NCBI RefSeq assembly: GCF_044704955.1
Contig: NC_091999.1
Location: 66,030,001-66,094,000 of the forward strand
DNA: 64,000 nucleotides
Direction of reading: 5' to 3'
DNA from: Pristiophorus japonicus
Taxonomy: Eukaryota
The notes under the pieces were generated by a model. That model was not told the origin of the DNA and ran no database searches. It was given only the letters and a program-made list of their open reading frames with translations. Positions 23,921-38,730 of this stretch are shown one piece after another (position 1 is the first letter of the stretch; every line of letters starts with the position of its first letter). The position numbers and the translations under genes were made by a program.

Positions 23921-25895
23921 ATAAGTACATCAGAAATAGGAGCAGAGGTGGGCCACCTGCCCCCTGGAGCCTGGTGCGCCATTTAAAATTATCATGGCTG
24001 ATCTGATCATGGACTCAGCTCCAATTCCCTGTCCGCTCCCCATATTTCTATATTACCTTGTCGACCAAAGGTTTGTCTATTTCCTCCTTAAATATATTCA
24101 ATGACATAGCATCCACAGCTCTCTGGGGCACAGAATTCCATAGATTTACAACCGTCTGAGAGACGATATTCCTCCTCATCTCAGTTTTAAATTGGCGGTC
24201 CATTATTCTGGGACGATGTCCCCTCGTTTTATTCTCCGCTATGAATGGAAATATCCTATCTGCATCCACCTTGTCGAGCCCCTTCTATATCTTATGTTTC
24301 AATAAGTTCACCTGTAATTCTTCTGACCTCTAATGTGTCTATGCCCAATCAATTCAACTTATTTCATAACTCAAACCGCTCAACTCCAGAATCAACCTGG
24401 TGAACCTTCTCAGAACAGCCTCCGAGGCAAGTATTTCCCCCGTACTCTAAGTGTGGTCTCCCCAATATCCTGTGCAGTTTTGCCCACTCACTTAACCTGT
24501 CGAAATACGTTTGCTGATTTTTGTGACATTTCCAACCTACTTTTTTTCATCTGCAAACTTGCCTACAGTGCACTTAGTCTCTTCATTCAAGTCATTACTA
24601 TAGAATGTAAATAGTTGAGGACCCAGCACCGATCCCTGTTTGCCAAACGGAAAATTACCCATTTATACCGAATCTGCGATCTGTTAGTTAGACAATCCTC
24701 TATCCATGTTAATATATTATCCCCAACCCCATGACATTTTATCTTGTGCAGTAACGTTTTATATGGCATCTTATCGAATGCCTTCTGGAAATTCATATAC
24801 ATCACATCCACTGGTTCCCCTTTATCCACCCTGCTCCTTACATCCTCAACGATCTCCAGAACATTTTTCAAACATGATTTCTCTTCATGAAATTATGCTA
24901 ATTCTGCTTGTTTCAATTGTGCTTTTCCAAATGTTCCGCTACTGCTTCCTTAATAATGGACGACAGCATTTTCCCATTGACAGATGTTTGGCTAACTGGT
25001 CTATATTTTCTTGCTTTATAGTCTGCCTATTTTTTTTAAATATGGGCATTAAATTTGAGGTATTGTAAGCCGCTGAGGCCACCAAAGTATCCAGGGAATT
25101 TTGGTCGATTACAACCAATGCTTCCACTATCTCTACAGCCACTTCTTTTAGGACCCTAGGATTTAAGCCATCAGGTCCAGGGGACTTGTCCGCATTCAGT
25201 CCCATTATTTTACCGAATACTACCTCATTACTGATAGTGATGGTATTAAGTTCCTCCTACCTTTAGCCCCTTGATTGTCCACTATTAGGATCTTTTAAGT
25301 ATCTTGTACCGTGAAGACCGATACAAAATATGTGTTGCACGTCTCTGCTATTTTCGTGTGCTCCATTATTAATACCCCAGACTCATCATCTCGGTGACCA
25401 CCAATTACTTCAGCAACTCTTTGCCTTTTTATGTACCTGGAGTAAATCTTACGATCTGGTTTTACATTTTGTGCTGTTTCCTTTCATAATCTATCTTCCC
25501 TCTCTTTATAATTTGTTTCGTTGTTCATTGCTGGGTTTTAAAAGTTTCCCAATCCTCTGCCCCCCGCCCCCCCACTAGGTTTGGCCATAGTGTACGCATT
25601 TGTTTTTAATTTGATACCAACCCTTAATTCCTTAGTTAGCCACGGATGGTTATCCTTTCCCTTACATTCTTGCCTTCTCATTGGCATATATTTTTGTTGC
25701 GAGTTACGAAATATCTCCTTAAAATTCTGCCACTGCTCATCAAACATCACCTACTTGTATCTATTTTCTCAGTCCACTTTAGATAACACTATCGTCATAC
25801 CTTTGTAGTCTCCTTTATTTAAGCTAAGGACACGAGTTTGGGAACAAACTCTCTCACCTTCCAACTGAATTTGAATTTCAACCATGTTATGATCA
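23920..25895 (-). mobile_element. CR1 LINE ORF2 (internally deleted) and 3' UTR
   Basis: DKSPGPDGLNPRVLKE, NFQKAFDKMP. The homologous element is at 34118-36360 and 53048-57768. Confidence 0.9.
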
Positions 25896-27849
25896 CTCAT
25901 AGATTAGTACAGCACAGAAGCTGGCAATTCAGGCCATAGAGACTGTGCCGGCTCTTTCACAGAACGATCGAGTTAATGTCAATCCCCTGCTTCTTCCTTA
26001 TATCCCTGCATTTTCTTCTCCTTCGAGTATTTATATAATTTACTTTTGAATTTTACTATTCAATCTTATCTACCGCCATATCAGGCAGTACACTCCAAAT
26101 CCTAACCAATGGTCGCATAGACAGGTTCGTCCACATGTCATCTCTGGTTCTTTTGTCAATCACCTTACATCTGAAATAGGTTTTATTTACTTACTATCTA
26201 AACCCTTTGATGATTTTAAACACGTCTTTCATATCTCCTCTTAGACTTCACTCCCCTAAGCAGGAAAATCTCATGTTCTCCAGTCTCTCCACATTAACTG
26301 ACATCCTTCATGCCTGGTACTATTCTACTTAATCTCCTCTTACCCTTCTCTGCTCTAAGGAGAACAATCCCAGCTTCTCCAGTCTCATCACATAATTGTA
26401 ACCCCCATCCCTGATACGTTTCCAATAAATCTCTTCTGTACCCTCTCGAAAGTATTCACGTGCTTCCTAAAGCGTGGTGCACAAAACTGGACACAATACT
26501 CCAGCTGGGGCCGAAATAGATTTTCTAGCCAGTCATCCCTGGTACCAATCTGTTAAATATCGCCTCACCCTTCTCTGCTGCAAGGAAAAAGCCCTTGCTT
26601 CTCCAAGTCTGTCTGCATAGCGAGAGCTTGGGTCCGACCATCCCGTACACAAAATGGCGGTGTGCTCCAGGTGGGCACTGGCCCGTCCTCAACAGCGAGA
26701 AGGGGGAGGAAAAATGAGCAGCTTAAAGTCGACGATGACTTCAAACAATTTTAAAACTCGTTACCCTTACTTTATTTATTTACAAAAAGGAATAATATTC
26801 TGACTGTAAATCTCGAATTTCGACCGAGTGCCAGTTCCCCAGCCAACTCCCTCTCTGGAGAAGGTCACCATTTTATTTCTTGTAATTGTTTTAAGGTGTG
26901 GGGTTAAATGTATATATTTGCTGTCGCGCTCAGTCTTATTTGTTAATATATATGAAAGCACGATGAAGGAATTGTGTGCAGAAAATTTCAGCTGAGGAAT
27001 CCTCATCGATGGAAGCAGAAACCCCGCAAAGTACAAAATAAGAATCGGTGCGACCAATGGAGTGATGGAGGGAGAGAGGAGTGGAGCAAGGGAGGGATGG
27101 AGGAATGGAGGGGTGGAGGGGTGGAGTGAGGGAAGGAGGGAGGGAGGGATGTGTGCCAGGAGGGAGCGATTGATGGAGGGACGGTGGGAGGAAGGGAAGG
27201 ATACACAGGTGGAGGGAGGGAGGGATGGTGGAAGGGAGGGATGTGGGACAGATGGAAGGAGAGACGGGTGGAGGGAGCGAGGGATTTTTGGAGGGGGTGA
27301 TAAAGGGAAGGAGGGAAGGAGAAACGTGAAGAGGAAGGGAGGGATGGTGGGAGGGAGCGATGAAAGGATGAAGGGAAGGAGAAACGGGTGGAGGGAGGGA
27401 TGAAAAGAGGGAGGATGAAGGGAGAGAGGGAAGGAGAGAAAGTTGAAAGGTGGGAGGGATGGTGGGTGGGAATGAAGGAGTATCTCCCAATTTACTCGAT
27501 CAAAACTCTTCATGATTTTGTACACCTCTATTGAGTGACCCATAAGCTGCTCGTCTCCAAGGAGAACAATCCAAGCTTCCAGCTGCTCTGATGGAACAGC
27601 GCACAGAGTGTAAAACTCAAGTTGCGTGATTCCTTCTGCCTTGCGAACTTTGAGATATCTTTGCGGAGTTGCTGTCACGTTTATATGATTCCAGTGGAAA
27701 CCCCAACGTTTGAAAATGACATCCTACCCAGGATAAGAGAACTCGCCCCTGATCATATAAGGATCAGAGTAAGACTGAGCACAGGCCCTGAACTTCAGAC
27801 ACGATGAGCTGAAAGGCAACATTTTAAAATACAAGCTGTGATATGCTCA

Positions 27850-28265
27850 AGCCTCGGCTCAGTGGGATCGCTATCGCTTCTGACTCAGAAGGTCACTGAT
27901 ATCAAACCCCACTCCAGAGATCGGAGCCCATAATCTATGCCGACACGCCGGGTTTCAGAACTGAGGGAGTGCTGCACGGTCAGACATCTTCCCGCTCAGA
28001 TAGATTTAAAGGACTCATGGCACTATCTTAATGAGCAGAGGAGATCGCCCCAGTTTCCAGCGCAAATATTTATCCCTCAACCAACATCTGAAAAACAGAT
28101 GATCTGCATTACTTCATTACTGTTTCTTGGATCTTGCTGTGCAGAAATAGGCTGCCACATCCCCTACATTACAAAAGTGACCACACTTCCAAATTAATTA
28201 ATTGGCTACAAATCACTTTGGAATAACATGAGGTCATGAAAGGCGCTATATAAATTCAAGTTGTT
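27850..28265 (+). mobile_element. DeuSINE (SacSINE1-like)
   Basis: Paralogue of 38285-38730. Confidence 0.75.
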
Positions 28266-31200
28266 TCTAAATTTCAACATTTGAAAATACAAGTTGCGAT
28301 ATGTGAAAAGCTCACATGTCAATGAAATTGTAGGACACGCCTCTGCTCACTGTTTTAACTTGTTTAGTTTCAGTGGGTCAAATCTTCCACTAAATGCATA
28401 TCCAGTGGAATCGCAGTCTATTCAGAGATATTCCTATAATTTCGGCAGCAGATCCTTTAGAACTCAATTTTTCATTTTAATATTTATTCCATGTTACAAT
28501 TGAACAAAACTGAGACCAACCTCATTGTTCGAGATATTTTCAGTTCTGTGTACCAACTGTCAATATTCCTAAAATAAACCGTTATTGTGAGTTGAAACGA
28601 ATCAATATTGACTCTGTTGATTTGATTTTTCTGCCATGAACACTTCATGGGAACCAATGAGGCATTTATGTAAATAAACACAGAAGTAGAAGTCCCAGAT
28701 TAGAGTATTGAGGGACAGAAACACAATTAATATTTCCCACCAACACAGCACAGAAATAAAGATAGAGAGAAATGCAAATCCCTCAACAGATTCCAGCAAC
28801 AATTGTTTTTTGGTACATTTCACTAAATTATAGGTGAATATAGTAAAGATGATCCCCACGGACAGAATGGAGAAAGATTCTAATCACTGTATATAGTGAT
28901 TTCACAAATGTGTCAGTGGAGATTTCCTGTATCCTCTCTCTTTCCTATTTCCACTTTCCGTCTTGCCTCTCAAGAATGGATAATTGGTCTTCCCTCACAA
29001 ATGGATAACTAACAAACGTTATCTTTGAGCCCTAATGATATGCCTCGAATTAACTTTACTGGAGTGCGCAGAGGGAGCTTTAATCCAAACTCTGACCTGT
29101 GCATCTCGTGTGTTTAATGGGGCGGTGCAGAGGGGCTTTTATTCTGCATCTAAAACATGCTATTCCTGCCCTGGGAGTGTCTGATGGGAAACTGTAGTGG
29201 AAGCTTTAGTCTGCATGTGACATATTCTGTACCTGCCCTGAGATTTACAGGGTCTAGTGCAGTCATAACTGAGACAGGGTGTAATGTAATATAAATACTG
29301 ACTGGATCTAGTGTCTTTTAAACATCGGCATGATCTATTGTGGTGATAACCGTGACAGGGTCTAGTATAATATAAACAGAGACATGTTCTAGCTTAGTAA
29401 CTTGAAAGAATGGGGCTAATGTAATATAAACAGTGTATTTGTTTAATTTAATATAAACAAATACAGGGTCTTTTGCAATAGGAACAAAGGCATGGCATAT
29501 TAAAATAATATCTGATAGAGGGCTTAATATATTATTACTACTTCTTGTGCTGGAATAACTGAGGTAGGGCATGGTGCAATAATTACTGATACAGGGACAT
29601 TGTTTTATCCTTTCCTGGAATGTAGGAGTCGCTGGCAAGGCCAACCTTGCCTGTCAAACCCTAAGATTTCTAATTGGCCTTGAGAAGCAGGTGTGAGCTG
29701 GCAGCTTGAACCGCTGCAGTCCGTGTGGTGAAGGGACTCCGACAGTGTTCGGGAGGGCGTTCCATAAACTTGACCCCGCGTCTATGAAGTAACAGTAATA
29801 CATTTCCAAGTCAGGATGGTGTTTGTTTTGGAGGGGAATTGGATGTGCTGGTGTCCCCACGAGCTAGCTGTCGTTGTCCTTCTAGGGGAAAAAGGTCGTA
29901 TGTTTGGAAAATGCTGTCGAAGATGTCTTGGTGAGTTGCTGCAAAGCATCTTGTGGATCGTAATCACTGCAGAGATGGCGCGCCGCTGGTGCGGGGAGGG
30001 AATATTTAACGTAATGGATGGGATTATATAAACGGGTACAGAGTCTAATGTCGTAATAACTGACACAGGCTCTGGTGTGTTATAGAATCATAGAGCGGTT
30101 ACAGCACAGAAAAGGGCCATTCGGCCCATATAGACCCTGCCCCTCTCTGCAAGAATATTTCAGCTAGTCCACTCACTCGCCCTTTCTGGTAGCCCTATGA
30201 ATTTTCTTCCTCAGATACTTATCCAATATTCTTTAGAATTCTACGATTGAATCGGACCCCACCACCCTTTCAGGCAGTGCATTCCAGATCCTAACCACAC
30301 GTTGGGTAAAACCGTTTTACTCATTTCGCCTTTAGTTCTTCTGCTAATCGCCTTACATTTGTGTCCTCGATCTTCCCGTCAATGGGGTCAGTTTATCTCT
30401 ATATATTCTATCTAGACCCATTGTGAGTCTGAACGCCTCGATCAAATCTCATCTCAAACTTCTTTGCTCTGAAGAGAACAAGCCCAGCTTCTCCAGACTA
30501 TCCACGTAACTGAATTACCGTAACCCTGGAACCACACGTAAATCTCTTCTGCACCCTCTCTAAGGCGTTTACATCCTTGCTAAAATGCGGTGTCCAGAAT
30601 TGGACACAATACCCCAGTTGAGGCCGAACCAGTGTTGTATTGAAGCTCATCATAATTGCCTTGATTTTATATTCAATGCATCTATTTATGAAGCCCAGGA
30701 TCCCATATGCTTTTTAAACCACTTTCTCAACCTGTCCAGCCACCTTCAATTATTTGTGCACATATAGCCGCAGGTCTGTGTGTACTTCATACCCTTTAGA
30801 ATTGTACCCTTTCGTTAATTTTCCTCTCCTCCTTCTTCCTACCAAAATGGATAACTTTATTCGTTTCTCCGCTTCATTCGCCACGTGTCCGTATATTCCA
30901 GCAGCACGTCGATGTCCTCGTGAAGTCAACACTATCCTCCTCTCCTCACTGTTCACTAAACTTCCAAGGCTTGAATCATCTGAAAGTTTTGAAATTGTGC
31001 CCAATACACCGAATCTAGGTCATGAATATAAATCAAGAAAAGCAGTGTTCCTAGTACCAAACGCCGTGGAACACCACTCTCCACCTTCCTCCAGTCCAGA
31101 AAAACATTACTCTCTGCTTGATATCTACCAGCCAATTCCATATCCATGCTGCCACTGTCCCTTTAATTCTATGGGCTTCAACTTTGCTGGCAAGGATATT

Positions 31201-31731
31201 ATCAAGGCACTTTATCAAATTCCTTTTGGAAGTCCACCACATCAACATATAAACTGAGACTGGGTATAGTGCAGTAAAAACTGCGACGGGGTCTAGTGTA
31301 ATGAGAGAAATAATAAGTCAGGTAATTACAGATTTATTAAACTCACGCCAGATACAGATGCAGTTTCATTTTTGCCATCACTTCCACCAATAATCATACA
31401 CTTGAGAGTTGTATATCAGGGGATTCGGTGTGATGATGAGGTGATGACTGGACAATAAAGTGCAGAGACTGGTGGGTGGGCTGCTCATTATCCTCGGTGT
31501 TATTTAATCCCCTTTCCCACTGAATACTGCGGACAGACATGGTCACTTTGTAACGGAAAGGTCAGAGTGTCATCAGGTTCCAAAGAAGAGCACGCAAGAC
31601 AATGTCTTATCAATAAATGTGAAAGGTATTAAACGATCTGCAATTCGCTGTTGAATAAAATAAAATGCTGAAAAATAATAGTCGGAGCCAATCATTAATC
31701 TTGTGGAATGCACTTGCAGACATTATGAATG

Positions 31732-31904
31732 NNNNNNNNNNNNNNNNNNNNNNNNNNNNNNNNNNNNNNNNNNNNNNNNNNNNNNNNNNNNNNNNNNNNN
31801 NNNNNNNNNNNNNNNNNNNNNNNNNNNNNNNNNNNNNNNNNNNNNNNNNNNNNNNNNNNNNNNNNNNNNNNNNNNNNNNNNNNNNNNNNNNNNNNNNNNN
31901 NNNN
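31732..31904. other. Assembly gap (173 N)
   Basis: N run at the position of the B-C intron microsatellite. Confidence 1.
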
Positions 31905-32594
31905 ACATAGAAACACTCTGTGTGTGCCCTTTTCAGTTGTTCGTCTTAAGCAGATGAGAGTCCTTATTCCAGTAGATATGGGGACCCTGCGGCCGCCCAT
32001 CCAATGGTGCAGTGGGGTCATTTTTCCAGCTTCCATCTGACACAATCAGTGGGTCATGTGAAATCGGAATAGAAAATACTGCAGGAAAAACAATCCTTAA
32101 CATTTAAGAACTGGTAGCAATTGGCACAAGACAACACACGTGTGATTTAGTAACTTTTAACGCACATGGTTTGCCACTAAGTAGTGCAACGTGCAGTGAA
32201 TTGCTCACCTTCAGTCCTGGCCCTCAATCCCAGTCCATCTCTGGGAGAATGTTACAAGATACGCCGCATCCTCGCAACACACATATTACCGACACAATAC
32301 CAGATCAATTCGACATTTCCCACAACTCTTGATATTTATTAATGAAACTAAACTTATGGTCTAACCAAAAAAGTAATGCATCCTCAGACCCACACAGATA
32401 AATATCTTTATTTCTATTGATAACTATCGGCCGTCTACATATCTTCTGTTAATCTAACAGATGCATGAGACAGGGTCTGTTGTACAATAAATAGAGTTAT
32501 TGTTCCTGGAGTGGGTGATTATCCAAAAACTATCTGAGGCCGAGGCAAAAGTGAGACACACTGAGCCTAGGCTGACACAAACAGACATTGCAAC

Positions 32595-34042
32595 ATAGGA
32601 ATTTCATAAGAATGTAAGAAATTGGAGCAGGAGTAGGCCATACGTCCCCTCGAACCGGCTCCGCCATTCAGTACGATCATGGCTGCTCCGATCATGGACT
32701 CGGATCCACTTATCTGCCCGCACCCCATAACCCATTAATCCCTTATCGGTTAAGAAACTGTCTCTCTCTCTCTCTTAAATTTATTCAATTTCCCGGCATC
32801 CGCAGCTCTCTGATGCAGCGAATTCCACAGAGTTATAACCCTCTGAGAAAAGAAATTCCTCCTCATCTCAGTGTAAAATGGGCGGCACCTTATTCGAAGA
32901 TTATGCCCCGAGTTCTCGTCTCCCCTATCAGTGGAAACATCCTCACTGTATCCACCTTGTCAAGCCCCCTCATAATCTTATACATTTCAATAAGATCACC
33001 CCTCTTTCTTCTGAATTCCAATCAGTAGAGGTCCAAACTCCTCAACATTTCATCAAATGTCAACCCCCTCATCTCCGGAATCAACCGAGTGCACCCTAGC
33101 TGAACTGCATCCATGCAAGTATATCCTTTCGTAATTATGGAAAACAAACCAGTACGCAGTATTCCATGTGTGGCTTCACCAATACCCTGTATAACTGTAG
33201 CAAGACCAACCTGCTTTTATACTTCATCCCCTTTGCGATAGAGACCAAAATACCTTTGGCCTTCCTGATCACTTCCTTTACCTGCACACTAAACTTTTAT
33301 TTTTCATACACCAGTACTCCCAGGTCCCGCTGTCGTGCAGCACTTTGCAATGTTTCTCCATTTAAATAATAACTTGCTATTTGATTTGTTCTGCCAAAGT
33401 GCATGACCTCACACTTTCCATCTGCCACATTTTCGCACACTCACTTAGCCTGTCTATGTCCTTTTGCAGATTTTCTGTGTCGTCCTCACACATTGCTTTT
33501 CCTCCCATCTTTCTATCGTCAGCAAACTTGGCTACATTACACTCGGTCCCTTCTAGCTAATCGTTAATATAGGACTGATTCCTGCGACACCCGACTAGTT
33601 ACTGACTGCCAACCCGAGAAGGAACCATTGATGCCGACTCTCTGTTTTCTGTTAGTTAGCCAATCCTCTACCCATGCTAAACTATTACCCCCAACCACGT
33701 GAACTTTTATCTTGTGCAGCAACCTTTCTTGTAGCACCTTGTTAAATGCCTTCTGGATGTACGAATACACCACATCCACCGGTTCCCCTTTGTCCACCCT
33801 GTTGGTTACAACCTCAAAGAATTCCAGCCAATTTGTCAAACTTAACTTCCCCTTCATAAATCCATGTTGAATCTGCCTGACCGAATTATGCTTTCCAAAT
33901 GTCCTGCTATTGCATCTTTAATAATGGACCCGAACATTTTCCCAACCACAGATGTTAGGCTAACTGGTCTAGAGTTTCCTGCTTTATTTCTGCCTCCTTT
34001 TTTAAAAAGGGACGTTACATTTGCAGTTTTCCAATCTGCTGG
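32595..34042 (-). mobile_element. CR1 LINE insertion shared with 51520-52900
   Basis: LTNWLEFFE..T.RVDKGEPVDVVY. It interrupts cagacattg|cttgtgaagtg. Confidence 0.88.
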
Positions 34043-34117
34043 AAACGCTTGTGAAGTGGAATGTACAGATGATTTAGTGTAATATAAACGCAGACAGGGT
34101 CTAGTGTAATATAAATA

Positions 34118-36360
34118 TAAGAACATAAGAACATAAGAAATAGGAGCAGGGGTAGGCCAACTGGCAGCTCGAGCCTGCTCCGTCATTTAATAAAATCCTG
34201 GCTGATCTGATCATGGACTCAGCCCCACTTCACTGCCCGCTTTCCCCTCAGCTCTTTATTCTCTTATCCCCCGAAAATCTGTCTATCAGCGCCTTACATA
34301 TATTCAATATCTACCCCCACAGATCTCAGTGCAAATAATTCCATAGATTTACAACCCACTGAGAGAAGAAATTCCTCTTCATTTGTTCAATAAATGTCCT
34401 CTAGTTTTATTATCCGCTTTGATGGAAATATCCCCCCTGCATCCACCTTGTCGAACCTCCTCGTTATCTTATGTTTCAATAAGATCATCTCTCATTCTTC
34501 TAAACTCCAATATGTTTAGGCACAACCTACTCAATCTATCTTCATTAGTCAACGCCCTCATCTCCGGAATCAACCTAGTGAACCTTTTTTGAACATCCTC
34601 CAATGCGAGTATATCCTTCCTTAAATAGGGAGAACAAAACTGTACGCAGTATTCTAGGTGTGGCCTCATTATTACCGTGTAAAGTTTTGCATGCTAACTT
34701 AGTCTGTCTATATCACTTTTCAGATTCTTTGTGTCCTCCTCACAATTTGCTTTTCCAGCCATCTTTGTATCATCAGAAAATTGGCTACATTACATTCAGT
34801 GCCTTCAGCAAAGTCATTACTATAGATTGTAAATAGTTGAGGTCCCAGCACCGATCCCTGCGGCACCGCACGAGTCACTTTTTGCCAAATGGAAAATGTC
34901 CCATTTATCCCGACTCTCCGACCTGTTAATTAGCCAATCCTCTATCCATGCGAACATATTGCCCCCAACCCCGTGAACCTTTATCTTGTGCAGTATCCTT
35001 GTATGTGATACCTTATAGAATGCCTTCTGGAAATCCAAATACACCACATCCAGTGGTTCCCCCTTATCCACCCTGCTTATTACATCCTCGAAGATCTGCA
35101 GCAAAGTTGTCAAACTTGATTTCCCTTCCATGAAACCATGCTGACTCTGCTTGATTGAATTATGCTTTTCGAAATTTCCCGCTAATGCTTCCTTAACAAT
35201 GATCTCCAGCAAATTTCCATTGACAGAAGTTCGGCTCACTGGTCTATAGTTTCTTGCTTTTTATCTGCTTACTTTTTTAAATAGGGGCAATACATTTGCA
35301 GCTTTCCAATCAACTGGGACTGTCCCAGAACCTACGGAATTTTGCTAGATTACAACCAATGCATCCAATTTCCCTGCAGCCACTTATTTTAGGACCCTAG
35401 GATGCAAGTCATTAGTTCCAGGGGATATGTCCGCCTTTAGTCTCATTATTTTACCGAGTCATTTTTGATAGTGATTGCAATAATTTCCTCCCTCCCTGTA
35501 GCCCCTTTATATTCCGCTATCGGGAGGTTTTCGTTTCTTCTACCATGAAGCCCGATACACAATATTTGGTCAACTTCTCTGCTATTTCCCTGTCCTCCAT
35601 TATTCATTCACCAGTTTTATCCTCCAGGGCACCAACGTTTACTTTAGACATTCGTTTCCTTTTTTATATACCTATAGAAACTCTTACCAGCTGTGTTTAT
35701 ATTTCGTGCTAATTTACTTTCATAATCTATCTTCCCACTCTTTATCATTTGTTTTGTTCTTCTTTGCTGGCTTTTAAAAGCTTCCCAATCCTCTGGCCTC
35801 CCACTAGTCTTGGCCACAGTGTACGCATTTGTTTTCAATTTAATACCATCCCTTATTTCCTTCGTTAGAAACGGAAGGCTATCCCTTCTGTTGCAGTCTT
35901 GCCTCCTCATTGGGATACATACGGTTCTATCGTGGTGAACCTCTGGAATTCTCTACCACAGAAGGTTTTTGAGGCCAATTCAGTAAATATATTCAAAAAG
36001 GAGTTAGATGTAGTCCTTACTATTCGGGGGATCAAAGGGTATGGCGAGAAAGCAGGAATGGGGTATTGAACTTGCATGTTCAGCCATGAACTCATTGAAT
36101 GGCGGTGCAGGCTCGAAGGGCCGAATGGCCTACTCCTGCACTTATTTTCTATGTTTCTATATTTGTTGCGAGTTATGAAATAGCTCCTTAAATGTTTGCC
36201 ACTGCTGATCAACCGTCCCATACTTTTATCTATTTTCACAGTTCACTTTAGCAAACTCTGTCCTCATCCATTTGTGGTCTCCTTTAAGCTTCGGACACTG
36301 GTTTGAGAATCAACTCTCTCACCCTGCAACTGAATTTGAAATTCAACCATGTTATGGTCA
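34118..36360 (-). mobile_element. CR1 LINE ORF2 (paralogue of 23920-25895) with nested plus-strand LINE tail at ~35930-36160
   Basis: YLDFQKAFYKVSH. The nested piece ends tttctatgtttcta inside host ggatatatttttgttgcg. Confidence 0.88.
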
Positions 36361-37457
36361 CTGATAGATTAGTACAGCACAGAAGGTGGCAATTCAACCC
36401 ATGGAGCCCGTGACGGCTCTTTTGAAGAGCAATCCAGTTAGTCTCAATTCTCCACTCTTTCCACATGTCCTTGCATTCATTCTCCTTCAAGCATTTATAC
36501 AATTTATTTTGGAAGACGATTATTCGATTTGTATCTACCACCGAATCAGGCAGTACACTCCAAATCGGAATCAGTGGAAGCATAGAATATTCCTTACACA
36601 TATCGCTTCTTGTTCTTTTGTTAATCAACTTACATCTGAAACAGTTAATATTTATTTACTCTATCTAAACCCTTAATGATTTTAAACACGTCTATCAAAT
36701 CTTCTCTGAGACCTCTCTCCTCGAAGGAGGAGAATGTCATCTTCTCCTGTCTCTCGACAATAACACATCCCTCATCCCTGGTTCCATTCGATTAAACATT
36801 CCCTTCACCTTCTCTCCTGCAGGGGAGTAATCACATCTTCTCCAGTCGCTCCATATTAACGGAAGTCCGCATGCCCGGTACTAATCTACGTAATCTCCTC
36901 TTAAACTCTCCTCCAAAGAGAAGAACCACAGTTTCTCCAATCTCTCCACAACATTTTAATCCCCCGTCCCTGATGCGTTTCCAGTAAATCTCTTCTGCAC
37001 CGTATCAAAAGACTCGTCGTCCTTCTTATAGTGTGGTGCCCATAATTATAAACAATACTCTAGCTGGGGCCAAACTAGGGTTTCTAGTCATTCATCCCTG
37101 GTACCAATCTGGTAAATCTCCGCTCACCGTTCTCTGCTGTAAGGCGAACAGCCCCAGCTTCGTTAAGTCTGTCTGCGTAGCGAGAGCTTGCGCCCTACCG
37201 TCCTGTACACACAATGGCAGCGAACTCCAGGCGGGCACTGGCCCGTCCTCAACAGCGAGAAGGGGGAGAAAAAATAGCAGCTGAATGTCGACGACTAATT
37301 GGACAATTTCTTTCATTGTTACACTTAAATAAAATTAAAAATATCCTGACTGCTGCAACTAGAATTTCTATCCAGTGCCAGTTCCCCAGCCAACTCCCTT
37401 TCTGGAAAGGTCACCATTTTATTTTTGCCAGTTTTTTTTAGGGTTGCAGGTTAAATG

Positions 37458-37505
<48 letters not shown>

Positions 37506-38284
37506 TATTTTGCTTTCGCTCATCCTTTTATTTGTTAATATATATGAAACCCCGGTGAAAGATTTGGGTGCAGATAATTCCAGCTGAGAAATCCTAATCG
37601 ATGGAAGCAGAAACACTGCAAAGGGTAAAACATTAAAATCGGTTGGGCTGAGGGAGGGATGGAGGGAGGGAGAAGTGGAGCAAGGGAGGGGTGGAGTGAT
37701 GGAGAGGTGGAGATATGGACGGATGGAGGGATTGGTGCAGGGCAGGAACGATTGATGGAGGGAGAGATGGATTTATGAAGGACTGGAGGGATGAACGGTG
37801 GGAGGGAAGGAGAGCCGAATGGAGGGAAGGAGGTATGGAGGGCGGGACGGATGAAGGGAGGGATGGAAGGAGAGCCAGGTGAAGGGAGGGGGGATGGTGG
37901 GAGGGAGTCATGGAGGATCTCCCAATTTACTTGATCAAAACTCTTCATGAATTTGAACACCTCTATTAAGTGGCCCGTAACCTGCTCGGCTCCAAGGAGA
38001 GTAGTGCCAGCTTTCAGCTGCTCTGATCGTGCAGCTCACACAGTGTAAAACTCAAGTTCGGTGAGTCCTTCTGCCTCGAGCAATTCCAGAAGTTCCACGT
38101 TGAAACACTGTCATTTTTATATGGACCCAGTCAGAATCCCAGTGTGCGAATGACATCTCAGGCAAGATAAGACAACTCGCCCCTGATTATGAACGGATCG
38201 GTGTAAGACTGGGCACAGGCTCTGAACGTCAGAGACGATGAACTGAATCGTAGCATTTTAAAATACAAACTGTGATATTTTCAA

Positions 38285-38730
38285 GTCTCGTCTCAGTGGA
38301 ATAACTCTCGCCTCTGACTCAGAAGATCACTGATAATAAACCCCACTCCACAGAGCTGAGCCCATAATCTATGCCAATACGCCCGGTGCCAGTTCTGAGG
38401 GAGTGCTGCAAGGTCATCGTTGCCGGCTGTTGGGGCAAACATTAAACTGAGACCCATCTTCCCGCTCACTTGGATTTAAACGACTCATGGCATTATTTTA
38501 AAGATCAGTGGAGTTCTCCCGAGTTTCCAGCGCAAATATTTATCCCTCACAAACATCTGAAAAATATATTATCTGATCATTATTTCATTGCTGGTTGTGG
38601 GATCTTGCTGTGCACGAATTTGTTGAATTGTTTCCAACATTAAAACAGTGACCACGCTTCCAAATTAATTCATTGGCAGTAAAACACTTTGGGACATCAT
38701 GAGGTCATGAAAGGCGCTATGTAAATGCAA
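38285..38730 (+). mobile_element. DeuSINE (SacSINE1-like), near full length
   Basis: ctcagtgg...ctctcgcctctgactcagaag head; gagggagtgctgca; tgtgggatcttgctgtgc; gaaaggcgctat.taaatgcaa end. Confidence 0.78.

Larger units (their letters stand above)
26639..32240 (-). pseudogene. Copy 2 of the same gene fragment (exons A-G)
   Basis: A 32240-32209, B ~32032-31951 (MGGRRVPISTGIRTLIC), C 31526-31402, D 29008-28351, E 27808-27605, F ~27024-26960 (acceptor mutated), G 26687-26639. In-frame stops are present. Confidence 0.7.

Noticed and set aside
26776-27678. 300-aa Pro/Ser-rich ORF
   Set aside because: It is read-through of a low-complexity intron tract; its length and frame are not kept in the other copies.
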